From: Heteronotia binoei
Taxonomy: Eukaryota
Assembly (NCBI RefSeq): GCF_032191835.1
Contig: NC_083224.1
Location: forward strand, 22,568,001 to 22,632,000
Length of the DNA stretch: 64,000 bases
Direction of reading: 5' to 3'
A program made the translations under genes and the position numbers. Every line of letters starts with the position of its first letter. Position 1 is the first letter of the stretch. The notes under the pieces were generated by a model. The model did not search any database, was not told where the DNA came from, and was given only the letters and a program-made list of their open reading frames with translations. Shown here in pieces: positions 51,351-63,510 of the stretch.

Positions 51351-51539
51351 ACGACAAGTGCTGGGGGGGGGGGGAGGTGTTAAAATGCAGCCTCCTGTCT
51401 TGGGATCGAGGCTCTGTCCCTTCCCTCCCAGATATACTGTTAAAAACTCCTAGGCAAGGGCCCATCTCTGCCCGCCTTTGAGGTCCGGCGTTTCCTCTCC
51501 ACGGGTCCAGAGAAATCCAGCCTCCCCTGGGTAAAAAAG

Positions 51540-52166
51540 AAAAAGGGAGCGTAATCTATCTAACCTTGACTAATCCTCCCTCCCAATTGAGTTTCCCAGT
51601 CCTAATAGACTAGGAGGAGGAGGAAGGATGGAGGCCAGGCGAGGAAGGGACTGGGGGGAGCCACTTGCTCGGCCTCCTTTGCCTGAGACTGGAGGCTGAT
51701 CCAGCCTGGGGTTCCCCCCGCCCCGTCCGGAGCGACTCCCGAGCAGCCCCATTAAACTGCATTGTAGGGCGTCTCTGACTGCAGTCGGGATGAATGAAGC
51801 CCAGTCCCGCGGTGTGTGAGGGGGTCTTTAAGGGGAGGGGCGGGAGCTTTTCTCGTGGCTTTTTCTGCAGCCGTGAAAAGGTTAACGTAGCCGAGCTGTT
51901 TGCTAGAAAGGCCGAGCAAGGGAGGGGGCGGAAGGGGAAAAGAGGACTGGGAGAGGCTGGGGGGTGGGCTTCAGACATGCAAAAGGCCGGGAAGGTTCCC
52001 TCCCCAGTAAATCCTTTCGGTCTCCGGAGACGCAAATTCGGCTCTCGCCACGTTTTGAAACCGTCTTTTAAAACGTGATGCTCTTCTATGTAGGTGTTTC
52101 CTTTTGCCAGCTTGCCCGCCTTTAGGGGGGGGTGGGATCTGCAGGGCTTGCGAGGCGGCTCTTTCT
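51540..52166 (+). promoter_or_regulatory. GC-rich promoter block of gene D, interrupted by L1
   Basis: Homologous to the A, B and C promoters up to aggcggctctttct; resumes at 58867. Confidence 0.6.
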
Positions 52167-52405
52167 TTTTTTTTTTTTTTTTTTTTTTGGTCCAAAAACT
52201 TTTTTATTGAATTTAATAAACATACAAATAAAGCAATCAATGACTGTATCTGCAATCATTCTTTGTGTATAAGCATAGTATACCAGCAGAACACAAACTA
52301 TATATATATATACAAAATACAAACAAAACAACACATACATACATTCACACACACATACAAAATTGGCAGCTGAATTAAAAAATAAATACTCTGTCCATAT
52401 ATTAA

Positions 52406-55400
52406 TTACATCAAATTAATAATGTCATAATATCTACCAGGTATACATGTACGCATCTGATCTACAGGACCAAAAGAAAATTTAAGAAATGGAAGCCACT
52501 TGTACATCAGAGATTCGTTACTTTCTGAATTGTTTATATTGCATAAACTATCTGCTATCTTGTCCATCGCATAGACCTCCCAGATTTTAGCATACCAGGC
52601 TTTAACTGGAGGAATATTGGGAGATTTCCAAAATTGGGCTAACACCATTTTAGCAGCAGCTAGTAAAAGGGATATCAGGGATTTATTGAGAGAAGTAATA
52701 GAAATATCTTTCCAACAGTCAAGCAAAATGAGTTCCAATCTTAAGGGTAAACTATAGCCCGTGATATCCTTGATTTTTGCCACAATTACTGCCCAAAACG
52801 CCTGCACCCTCGGGCAAGACCACCAGCAGTGTGTAAATGTGCCCACCTCTCCGCAATTTTTCCAACATTTGGAGGATTGATTTATCGCCATATGGCTTAA
52901 TCTCTGAGGTGTTAAATACCACCGAAACAAAATTTTTTGAGTTTGTAATTGTATATTCAATTATTTTGAAACATACGAAGGAGATGACCAGATTTGTTGC
53001 CAAACATCCTCCTGAAAATTAATTGAACTATTCCTTTGCCAAATTTCTTGATAGGATAACAAATCAACAGCATCAGTGTCTAGCAAACCCTTATAAATAA
53101 ATGAAATCAGTCCCTTCCGCTTTAAAAAAGGAGAATATAGCAAGTGTTCAAAGAAAGTGAGAGGTCGATTGAAATTGTATTTCTTTAAGAGTGATGTCAC
53201 CAAGTTGTTAGTTTGCAAGTATTCAAACCATGGGATTTTTGTCCCACCAGTTTTCTCTTCCAAAGATTTTTTGTCGAGCATTTTTCCATTGGACAAAATA
53301 TCCACAAACCTAGAAAGGTTATATTTTTTCCAAATTGGAAAAGACTTGTAAAAAAACCCCGGTTGAAACCAAGAAACATCCACAAAATGAGATAGTGGAG
53401 ATATTGGAGGGGCTAAAGAGAGGCGACGTTTGTCCCAAATCTGAAAAATAGCTTTAAGAAAAAGGTTGGAGGAGATAATAGGAGGTCTATTCTTCGGAAA
53501 TTCCCATAATATAGAGTGAAACGATTTGTTATTTAGATAGGTATCTTCTAGGGCCTTCCAACCTGAATTTAAGTCAGCATCATGGTATCTAATAAGACCA
53601 CCTAAAATGGCAGCTTCATAAAATTTATGGAGATCCGGAAGAGCCAGACCCCCTGAGGATTTAGAACGAATAAGAGTTGCATACCCTATTCTAGACAAGC
53701 CCTTGTTCCAAATATATCTTAAGAACGAACGACGCCAACCCACAAATAAATCCTCAGGAATAAGAATAGGAATGGCTCGAAATAAAAACAGAAATTTGGG
53801 GAAAATAAAAGATTTAATAATCTGAATTTTTTCATTCCAGGGAATGAGTGAAGAATTTTTATTCTTTTGCAGGGTAAGAATGTCCTTAATCAATAAATGA
53901 TGATTAACTTTAAAAATATCTCCCAATTTCAAAGGTATATTGATCCCCAAATATGTCCAATATCTATCAATTTTTTTAAAGTGATAATTAGAGTAAATGG
54001 AGTCTTGGAGAGCATCCGAAATTGTGATGGGGTAAAGAATGGTTTTGGATGGGTTTACTCGAAGGCCTGATATAGAAGAAAATACAGATAATAAATCAAA
54101 GACAGCCGGTAAAGAAGACTTAGGTTTTGTAACAAAAAGCACTAGGTCATCTGCAAACAAAGACACCTTAATTTGTTTCTTTCTAATAGGGATACCAGTG
54201 ATAATATTGGTATCACGGATAGCATTAGCAAGAGGTTCTATTGCAATCGCAAAAAGCAGAGGAGACAATGGGCAACCTTGCCTCGTCCCTCTGAAAAGAT
54301 TAAATTCTTCAGAATCCAAATTATTAATAGAAAGAATAGCAGAAGGCGATTTATATAAAGAATGGATTATCTTCAGAAAATTCGGGCCAAAGTTCATTTT
54401 CTGCAGTAAGGTTGTAAGATAAGGAACTTCCACGGAATCAAAGGCTTTTTCAAAATCAATAGACAAGATAAAAGAAGACTCAATATTAAATTTCCGGCAG
54501 TATTGAATAACATCAAGGACCATTCTAGTATTGTCCGTTAACTCACGGTGTGGGATAAAGCCCGATTGGTCAGGATGAATGCAGTTCCCTATAAAGGTAT
54601 TAAGCCTAGCCACCAGAGCTGCTGTAAAAATCTTATAATCACAATTAAGGAGCGATATCGGCCTGTATGAACTAGGGTCTAGTAAGTCTTTGTCCTTCTT
54701 TGGAAGAAGTATGATTTTTGCCTGTGACCAAGTAACAGGGAAAGAACCAGACTGTACAAACTGATTACAGGCGTCTGCCAAGATGGGAGCCAACAAAATG
54801 TTAAAAAATTTATAAAATTCTGGTATAAAGCCATCTCGGCCTGGAGATTTATTGGATTTCATAGACTTGATAGTCTCCTGTATTTCAAGTGCAGTAAAAG
54901 GTTTGTCCAAAAAGGATTTAACCTCAGGAGAAACAGGCTTAATAACTGAGTGAGTGTCTAAGAAAGATGAAATAAGGTCTGCTGATGGATGCTGGGAGGA
55001 ATATAGAGATGAATAGTACTTTTTAAACACTCCTACAATATCCTTAGTGGAATGTTTCAAGGTACCAGTTTTAGAACGAATGGAAGAAATAGCCATTGAG
55101 GATACTCTCTTTTTAACCTTCCATGATAGGAGTTTAAGAGATTGAGGAGTTCGAAACCAATATTTTTGTTTTATAAAAGCCATTTGTTTTTGAATCTTGG
55201 AGACGTCAAGAGATTCTAATTTTTTTCTTTCTATAAGAAGTTTTGAATAAGTTTTTTTGCTACCAAATTTTTTAAATTTCTCTTCCAATTTGGTAATGTT
55301 AGCAACCAAATCAGATCTAATTTTTTCTTTTTCTTTTTTATACGAAGAGGCAATAGCCATAAATCTGCCACGAATTACAGCTTTAAAAGAATCCCAAACT

Positions 55401-56287
55401 ATATGCTGGGGTACTCCACACTCCATATTGAATTGAAAAAATTCTTTAATGTCTTTTTCAATGGAATCTGTAACCGATTTCATAGACAGAAGTTTACTAT
55501 CCAATCTCCAATTAAAAGAAAAAGATCTGTCAGTAACGCCTGACATATACCCTTCCAACCATGCATGATCAGACCAAATCATTGGGCCAATTTCTACTTT
55601 AGAAAAAAGATTAGAAATAGAATCTGAAACTAAAAGAAAATCTATTCTGGAATAAGTTTGATGACGAGAAGAAAAAAAGGTATAATCTCTTTCATTTGGA
55701 TGTCTGCTTCTCCAAATGTCTGACAGATTATAGGATTGAAAAACTTGAGCTAAATCATTTTGGCCATTCAAATCTTTTGATTGAGACCTTTTATTGGCAG
55801 ATATAGGTAGCAGGCTTTTTTGAGATCTATCTAAAGAAGGATTAACAACATAGTTGAGATCTCCTCCCAAGATAATGGGCCCTGTATGAAAGGTTTGAAG
55901 TTGTGACAACGTATCTTTAATAAATGCGATTTGCCCATCATTTGGAGCATACACCGATGCCAGAGTATAAGGGCTACCATTAAAGACCCCATTGATAAAA
56001 ATATACCGACCCCTAGGGTCAATTGAGGAATTTTCAAAAGTGAATTGGACTGATTTACCTATTAGGATGGCCACACCTCTTGCTTTGGAAGACCCATAAG
56101 CTTGAAATTGATGAGCAAAAAATTTGGACTGGAAGACCCTGGGCTGGTTACCCTTAAGGTGAGTTTCTTGCAAAAAAATTATATCTGGTTTCTGACGAGA
56201 GATGGCAGAGGCAACCCGTTTTTTCTTAATTAAATTATTTAGCCCGTTACAGTTTAGAGAAAGAAATTTCAAGTGGCACTCTGCCAT
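52406..56287 (-). pseudogene. L1 ORF2p (APE endonuclease, RT, CCHC); 1293 codons with one in-frame TAA at 52961-52963
   Basis: NCNGL, LQETH, GGDLN, SRIDF, SDH (EN); IDFEKAFDSV, RQGCPLSP, FADD (RT); CWKNC...HCWWSC. The two track ORFs (1108 aa and 184 aa) are contiguous in one frame: TCA AAA TAA TTG AAT. Confidence 0.92.
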
Positions 56288-57744
56288 AATTGAAAGAGGA
56301 AAAAACCAAGGTTATCAAAATTATTACAATTTATAGCATTTAACCCAGGTGCCACCAGGATAGCTCGAGATGAATCCTGTAGATCAAATTTCAAAGGTAT
56401 GAGGACAGATTTCAAATCAAAGGCTTTAAAAAACTTCCAGCTAAAACCATAATAATTCAATACAGTTATGCTGCCCATAACAAAAACAAAAAACCATAAC
56501 CAACACCAGTGGTCTAGCATTAACAGACACTAGCCACTAACTCACCCTCCAACTCTGTTAACCCAAACTTGGGAAAACAACAACTACTTACTTAAAAGGT
56601 TAAATTTGAAGCGGAAGTCTTCCTTGCTGAAGACACCGCACAACTAGCAACAACTACCAAATGGAGCTATTTAAAAAAAACCGAAGTTCTCCATTCTCCC
56701 TCTCTGCCAAAAATGCTTATATTTAACAATATCAACCCAGCAAAATTAAAATTTATAAACAAAATAACAGAGCCGAATGTATAGAGAGTTTTATAATGAA
56801 AGGCCACACAAAGCTGATTGAATCAAGGCTAAAATGCCTAGAAAGCTACATATAATAAAATCTGTGCCTTTTATCAACTCAGATTAGTGAATTAAAGATA
56901 AGTACAGGCAAACTAATATACCATGTGTAACAGCATCGGATCTCGATCACAAAGTTATAGTGAGACTTAAGACACTATGATAAAAATACAATGAAACTTT
57001 AAACAGAATTGTGAACACTATTAAATACTGATCTCCCCAAACACTCCCCACCAACTATCCTTCAGCCTCTTATAAGCCTATGTAGGGAGATGTGATAGTA
57101 AGGGAAACAAATTTCCAAACCCTCATAATATCATACGGCACAAACTGACACACACATACATTCCCTACCAACCCTCTGTCTCACACACTCATTTCCATTC
57201 AAGAATTCACAAAGGAAGGGAAAAGGACCTGACACTTCATTAACTCACAGTAGAAAGAAATATATTGATATAAAGCCCTGATCATACTATTCAAGTTTCT
57301 CACTCAGATCTACCCCCCCCCTCTCACTCTCTCTCACTCTCTCACTCACTCCCACACCCTCTCTCGTCACCCAGCCTCCCCATTCAAACACCTACTTCCA
57401 CTTACTTTTTAAACCATATATTCCAAGTCACTCCACTCTTCCAATCATGCATACCCAATCAACCAAGAAGATTTCCTTTAATGAGTTGATTTAAATTAAT
57501 AACTCCCTCACATTCATAACATTGCTTTCAAAAAAATATAAATAACAAGGGGGGAAAAAAAGGGGGGGGAACCCCCCAATTTCATATATAAACACTGCTT
57601 CATAAGCACCACGTAGGCAAAGCTTATAAGTCAGCAGTTCGGTAGGCAAAGCTTATATGTCAGGGGGAAAAGGACGCCAGGAATCCTCAACAAAAAAAAA
57701 AAAAAGGGGGGGGGGAGATTTCTGCATAGCAACAGTTCCAGCAT

Positions 57745-58740
57745 TTAGCTTCTAGAAGAAACAGGCCGATCAGGACGGTTCAAAGGCACACGACGCCATC
57801 TAGTATCTGAAGTTATTGAATGAACATGTGTGGCTGCTTCCAGAAGGCCGGTGGGAACAGGAAGATTCATATCGCGGAGCATGCATAGGCCTGAGTCGAG
57901 ATCTGCAGCTACAAATGACTGATCCTGCACTGTAACTTGCAGCTTGTACGAAGCAACCCATCGATATCTGATGTTTTCCCTGTTCAGGATTTCTATAATT
58001 GGCTTCAAATTTTTCCGCCTTTGCAAGGTTTCAGAAGACAAATCCTGTAGAATTTGGACGTTGTAATCTCCTAGCAGAAGAGGATTTATAGCCCGGGCTT
58101 TTTGCAGCAACTTGGATTTCACTGAGGCAGAAGAGAAACGGACTAAAATGTCCCTAGGCAACGAAGTTTTCTGTCTGCGCAATGGGCCAATTCTATATAC
58201 TGTTTCCAGGGCACAGAGATCAGAGTCAGAAAAACCCAATGCCTTCGATAACCAGGAGACTATAAGAGTTTTTAAATCAGAGGGGGAGGCAGAATTCTCG
58301 GGGAGCCCACGAATTTTAACATTCCCCAATTTCAGTTGGTTCTCAAGTGCAATAATTTTATCAGTGGCCCATTCATCTCTTTTATAAAAATACTGAGAGT
58401 CCTCCTGCACAGCACTTGCCATGTTAAAAGCAGAATCTGCCGTCTCTGCCACCTTCTCTAAGGACGTTTTGAAACCCTCCAATTGAGCAGAAAGGGGCTG
58501 GATCATGGCAGATATTTTGTCAGTCATATTTTGTTCCAGTTTTTGAAAAGCCTCCATTACCTCAGAACGAAATGAAGCTAGGTCTGCTGCTGTGTTTTCC
58601 CCTCCTTCCGACGCCATCTTGCTTGCAGGGCTGCTTGCTTTTCCTGAGGCCTTAGCCTTAGGCTTTTTTGGAAAATAGTCTTTAACAGAGTTCCTTGAAT
58701 TTCTTTTTGATCTGGGCTTTTGACCATCTACTGTTCCCAT
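57745..58740 (-). CDS. L1 ORF1p (RNA-binding/coiled-coil), 331 aa from the first ATG
   Basis: Coiled-coil N-terminus; NVKIRGLPE, VYRIG, PRDILVRF, ILQDLSSETLQRR motifs of L1 ORF1; open. Confidence 0.88.
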   Translation of the reverse strand: MGTVDGQKPRSKRNSRNSVKDYFPKKPKAKASGKASSPASKMASEGGENTAADLASFRSEVMEAFQKLEQNMTDKISAMIQPLSAQLEGFKTSLEKVAETADSAFNMASAVQEDSQYFYKRDEWATDKIIALENQLKLGNVKIRGLPENSASPSDLKTLIVSWLSKALGFSDSDLCALETVYRIGPLRRQKTSLPRDILVRFSSASVKSKLLQKARAINPLLLGDYNVQILQDLSSETLQRRKNLKPIIEILNRENIRYRWVASYKLQVTVQDQSFVAADLDSGLCMLRDMNLPVPTGLLEAATHVHSITSDTRWRRVPLNRPDRPVSSRS

Positions 58741-59135
58741 ACTAATTAAAGAAAAAAAAGAAAACAAACAACAACGCTGGGCGCTTGCTTAAGTGGATTT
58801 GGCAGGGGTAAGTAAGGAGCTCTGCTTTCAGGCGTCCATTCCCTATGCGTGCGACGCCACGCCCCCAGGCGGCTCTTTCTAAGGCGGCCTCTGCTTGAGC
58901 CAGTGCTCTCCCCATGATGGGGGCGTTTGGGGATGGGGGGGGGTGTTTTATTTATTTGCTTTAATTATTGAACAAAGTCTAGGTCAAGCAATACCTTTAA
59001 GACATACAAAGTTTTATTTAAGCTTTTGTGTGCAAGCGCACTTCAGACTAGTCCAGGTTTTTGCATTTTATAAGAAAGGAAATATCAGTCTGTACCTGTG
59101 CAAGTGTCTTCATAAGGTTGATGGAGTTCCAATAC

Positions 59136-59316
59136 CAGGACCGGATCTAGATGTTTTTTGAGGGGGGGGGGCAAAATTAAAAAATGGCACTCTCTTATGG
59201 GTCATTCTATCTTATGGTCCCATAGAATACAATGGACTCAATACCCAATTTGGCACATACACCCCAGTTGGTGCCCGGGGCAACCACCTCTGCCCCCCCA
59301 CCCAGATCCGACCCTG
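59136..59316. mobile_element. hAT-type MITE
   Basis: caggaccggatc...gatccgaccctg TIRs; 8-bp TSD with 6/8 match; absent at the paralogous site. Confidence 0.6.
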
Positions 59317-60269
59317 TCCATTCCATACAGCTTAATGTGGTGCCCTCCATGAAGATAGATTCAGGTGGGTAGCCATGTTTGCTCATGAAAGCTCATACCA
59401 TGAATAAAACTTTTTCAGTCTTAAAAATGTCACTGGGCTAAAACTTCGTTCTGCTGCTTCCGACCAACTTGTCTGCCCACCTGAATCTACATTAATTATA
59501 GTCTGACATTTAACGGGACTCTATGCGATCACTAGGACGGTACTTTCAATAAAATATGAAATAGAATTTGGGTTGTAGAAATCTGAAAAACAGTATCTAA
59601 GGATCTAACTGTTAACGACCCAATTAATAATGCAAAATTACATAGAAAGATACAAATCATAGCAAACTATAAACAAGAATATAGATTGCAGTCCTCAATA
59701 ATTTATCCAAGTAACTATGTGAAGCCATATGTACAATGCTACCACATTGCTTGGGAAGAGAATTCCTTTTGATAATTAAGTCTTGTTTAGTTTGGGGAAA
59801 GGCAGGGGAGGGGGTACTTTTCTCACCACCTAAGGCACACCAGCTCGGTCTAATAGTTAAGGAGTGGTGGACTCTAATGGTTCATCCTTTACAAGTCTCT
59901 TGGTCCTGGGCTCCAGTTTACCTTGAGATGTACCCACTGGACAGACTGATTGCCAGAAATCGGAAGGTTAAGTTCATAACATCCACAAGAAATTTTTTAA
60001 AAAGTAAACACTGATGTTTTCGTTGCCTGAAGGACCAAATAGGGATATCTTTAAAAGCTTGATGTATAATATACCACGGTGACATTAATCCTCTCAGCAA
60101 ACTACAAGGGCACTCTTTCTGATCCATTGGGGTGATTCTTCACCAGGGTCAGTAATGTAACTCTGTTCTCTTTTCTTCCTGCCATTCTGCTATCCTTCAC
60201 CCTCTTCACAGCCATTGAGTAAGAGTGTCTTTCCAGAGTCATAGGCAACCCAAGAGGAAGGGGAAGGAG

Positions 60270-60692
60270 ATGGAAGAGAAGGACCCTGAAGGCCTTGGAA
60301 CTGGCAAGGCATCAAGGAAAGGTCTTCATCCCTTCCAAGCAGGGAGTGGTGCTGAATTCTGGGAAACAGCTGTGCCAGAGATTGTGGTTCAGGACACTGT
60401 GACCGCAGATGTACGTAGCCGATACTTTCGGCAGTTCTGTTACCATGAGGCAGATGGGCCCCGAGATGTTTGCAGCTGGCTCCACGGACTTTGTAAGGAC
60501 TGGCTAGAGCCAGAGAGGCGCACCAAGAAGGAGATTGTGGACCTGGTGATCCTGGAGCAGTTCCTGGCCATCCTGCCCCAGGAAGTGCAGGGCTGGGTGA
60601 GAGGATGCGGGCCAGAGACCAGTTCCCAGGCAGTGGCCCTGGCTGAAGGTTTCCTCCTGAGTCAGGCAGAGGAGAAGAGACAGGCACAGCAG
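60270..60692 (+). CDS. Gene D SCAN-domain exon
   Basis: SCAN motif; acceptor at 60211|60212; 423 coding nt; donor CAG|GTGAG. Confidence 0.9.
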
Positions 60693-61166
60693 GTGAGGCA
60701 TTGTCCCAAGGCTTCCTGCCAGCTATTTCTGTGTGTGTGTTAACCAAGTTGCTTCTGATTTATGACAACCCTAGGAACATCCTAGTGTTAACTGCCCGAG
60801 GTCTTGATTGAGTCAGTCTATCACATCTCCTGCTGCTTTCTACTTTTATTAGCATTATTTGATCTAGAACCCACTTATTTGTCTTTTTGGCAGTCTGCAG
60901 TGTTTGTAGAAATGCTAAACTCTCTTCCAACACAACAAAGAATCAACTTTTTTTCATGTAACCTTTTTTCCTTTTCCGACTTTCATACCCTCAATAGTAG
61001 TGGGGTATACTGCGGCACAAATAACCTTTCTTAGGGTCACCAATGGGTCACTTAGGGTCCTTACACTGAAGAATCTTTTCTAGCTTCTTCTTAGCTGATT
61101 TCTTCTTTGCAGCCTCCCTTTTGGTTGATAGTTAGAGTCCAGTGGCACCTTTAAGGCCAACAAAGT

Positions 61167-61217
61167 TTCATTCATATGACGTTTCCTGTGCAATCACAGT
61201 TCTTCAGATACAATGAA
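61167..61217 (-). ncRNA. Minimal type I hammerhead ribozyme motif in a Penelope pLTR remnant
   Basis: Minus strand: uucauuguau-CUGAAGA-A-cugug(auug)cacag-GAAA-CG-UC-auaugaaugaa; core, stem II, palindromic ACGU stem III and GUC triplet are all present. Confidence 0.6.
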
Positions 61218-62129
61218 ATGGAAGAAAACCATCCAAAGGTACACACATGGCTGAAAAGCAAATCAGCATAACATGATGAAGATTTTCAGACAAAACAGGA
61301 ACAACAAGCCAAGCATACAGAGTCAACAGCTGTATGGATCCAGTTAAGGGGCAACAATTGTTGAACCAATAAGTATGTCAAAATAGGAGATAAGAGTGGT
61401 AGAGAATCTTTCCTAATAGTGGTGAAATTACGGTAACTGAGATTCCGCAGGGCCAGTGCCTGGGTTTTTGTTTCCTAGGTGAGCTGCCCACTAGCGCCCC
61501 CCCAAAGAAATTTTAAAAACAGAGAATTGTAAAAGAAATGAAGAAACTTGAAAAGATTTACATTTTTAATTTACAGTTTATTATTTTAAATTTTAATTTT
61601 TAAAAAAAGAATTGTGAGATTAAGCAATAAAAATTGTGAGAATACTACTTGATTCTTTTAGCTGGAGGTGCCAGGGACAAGACCTTCACATGACCATTTC
61701 GACTTGATCCTTTTAGTTGGAGGTGCCAGGGACAAGACCTTGTGCATGCGAGAAAGGTGCTCTACCACTGAGCTATAGCTCCCTCCCAATGGCTATGATA
61801 AGTAGAGTAGGAGGGATGAGTGGCGGCATACAACTTCAACAGGAACTAATTTTTAGAAACTGCAGTTGGCTCTTCTTTAGCTTTTACAATTAGTTAATTT
61901 ACCCCTGCTGGGCTCGAAGGAGCGCCCTGCAAACGCACTGTCTGCTTTTGCATTTCCCGGGTCTGTAACAGACCTAGGGAACGCAAAACTGGCCGGGCAG
62001 CATCTGCGTTCCATGGAGCCTACTTTCCATTGGGGAAGACAAGCTCCAAGGAGCACACGCACCGTGCATGGGGAGAGGGGGTGCCCTAGGCGGCTGTCTA
62101 CATGCCCTACTCCCACACACTGGCCATGC

Positions 62130-63240
62130 TCAAGCGTGAAGGTAACAAACAGCATTTTGTTCTTTTAGTTGGGCTGGGGTGTGCAGTATATTTCAAGTTT
62201 CATTGCATTGGTTTTGAAGCCAAGGAATAGAAAATCTTGACCAATTTCAGTTTCTCTATAACCTTAAATTTCTGTAATTCTCCACTAGTCATTATTTTTA
62301 TCATCCTGATGTTCAGCTGTAATCTTCCTTTGGCACTTTCTGATTTAGCCTTCATTAGTAGTTATTTCAAGTCTTCGCTACTTTCTGCTAGTAATGTGAT
62401 GTCATTGCATATGTCAGATTGTAAATGTTCCTTCCTACTGTTTTCACTCCACCGTCATCTAAATGTAACCCAGCTTTCCGTATGCAGTGTTCTACATATA
62501 GATTGAAGAGACAGGGAGATAAAATGCATCCTAGTCTGGCAAACTTCCCAATTGGAAACCATTCTGTTTCTCCATATTCTAACAGTGGCTTCTTGCCCAG
62601 AGTGCAGGTTGTACATCAAAACAATCAGATGTTGTGGCACACCCATTACTTTAAGCACCAACCATACCTTTTCTTCATCCCAACAGTCAAAAGCATTGAT
62701 GTAATCTATAAATCACAAGCTGGTTATCTTTTGAAATTCTCTCCTATGCTCCATTAACCAACTTAAATGTGCACTATGATCTCAAATGCGTCTTCCTTTT
62801 GTGAATTCAGCTGGAACATCTGACATTTCTGTTTCGATATATGATAACAGTCCTTGTTGTGAAATGCTAAGCATCACTTTACTTGAATGAGGAATTAATG
62901 CAGCGGTCCGACAGCTACTACAGTCTTTGACGTCTCCCTTTTGTGGAATTGGAAAGTAAAGTGTTTCCAGGTTGTGGGCCATTGTTTTGTTTCCCTCTTT
63001 CATAGCAGATTCTTCTTAAGAGTTTGATAGGATTCCTTTTCTGTGGTTCTGATACCCCATCTACTCGCGGTGATTTCTTTCTCCCAATTGTACTCAGTGC
63101 AGCTTTACTTTCTAAAACTCTTCCTTCTTGTTCAGAAGATTATACTTGAAAGAAATCTGTCCTCCTTTCATCTCTTATTTATATTCCTTCAGTATATTGT
63201 TCCTATCTTTCCTTAGATATTTCTACCTCTAGATAGGTCA
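62130..63240 (-). mobile_element. RTE-BovB fragment in intron 2 of gene D
   Basis: Colinear with 21890-22620 and 6050-6830. Confidence 0.75.
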
Positions 63241-63395
63241 CTAGGCTGGGAAGAAAACCCAGCTCTGGTTCTTGCCCTGTGGTTATAGCAGCTCTGATGG
63301 AGGAGTCAGTGATGAGGAGTCTGGGAGAGGGTCAGGATCCATCTCTCTCCCGGTTCCATTCCTTCTCTTATCCCTCTCCCTTTCTGTTGTTGCAG

Positions 63396-63510
63396 ATGTG
63401 GGGAGGATCCATGAAGGTGGAAGTGAAGTTCTCTGAGGCAGAAGGAGCTCCATCAGAGGCAGGTCAGAGGGCACAGGCCCAGGAGCATGCCCAAGAGACC
63501 CTGTCAAGTG
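63396..63510 (+). CDS. Gene D linker exon (115 nt); gene continues beyond the window
   Basis: ttgcag|ATGTGG...AAGTG|gtaagg. Confidence 0.78.

Larger units (their letters stand above)
52167..58866 (-). mobile_element. Full-length LINE-1 (6.7 kb)
   Basis: Poly(T) at 52166-52188 (poly-A tail) preceded by AATAAA on the minus strand; 5' end GGGGGCGTGGCG; perfect 14-bp TSD aggcggctctttct (52153-52166 and 58867-58880); TTTCT/AA endonuclease-type site. Confidence 0.95.

Noticed and set aside
52961-52963. Frameshift or a separate third L1 ORF
   Set aside because: Both ORFs are in the same frame and abut across a single TAA; the 184-aa part is the normal ORF2 C-terminus.
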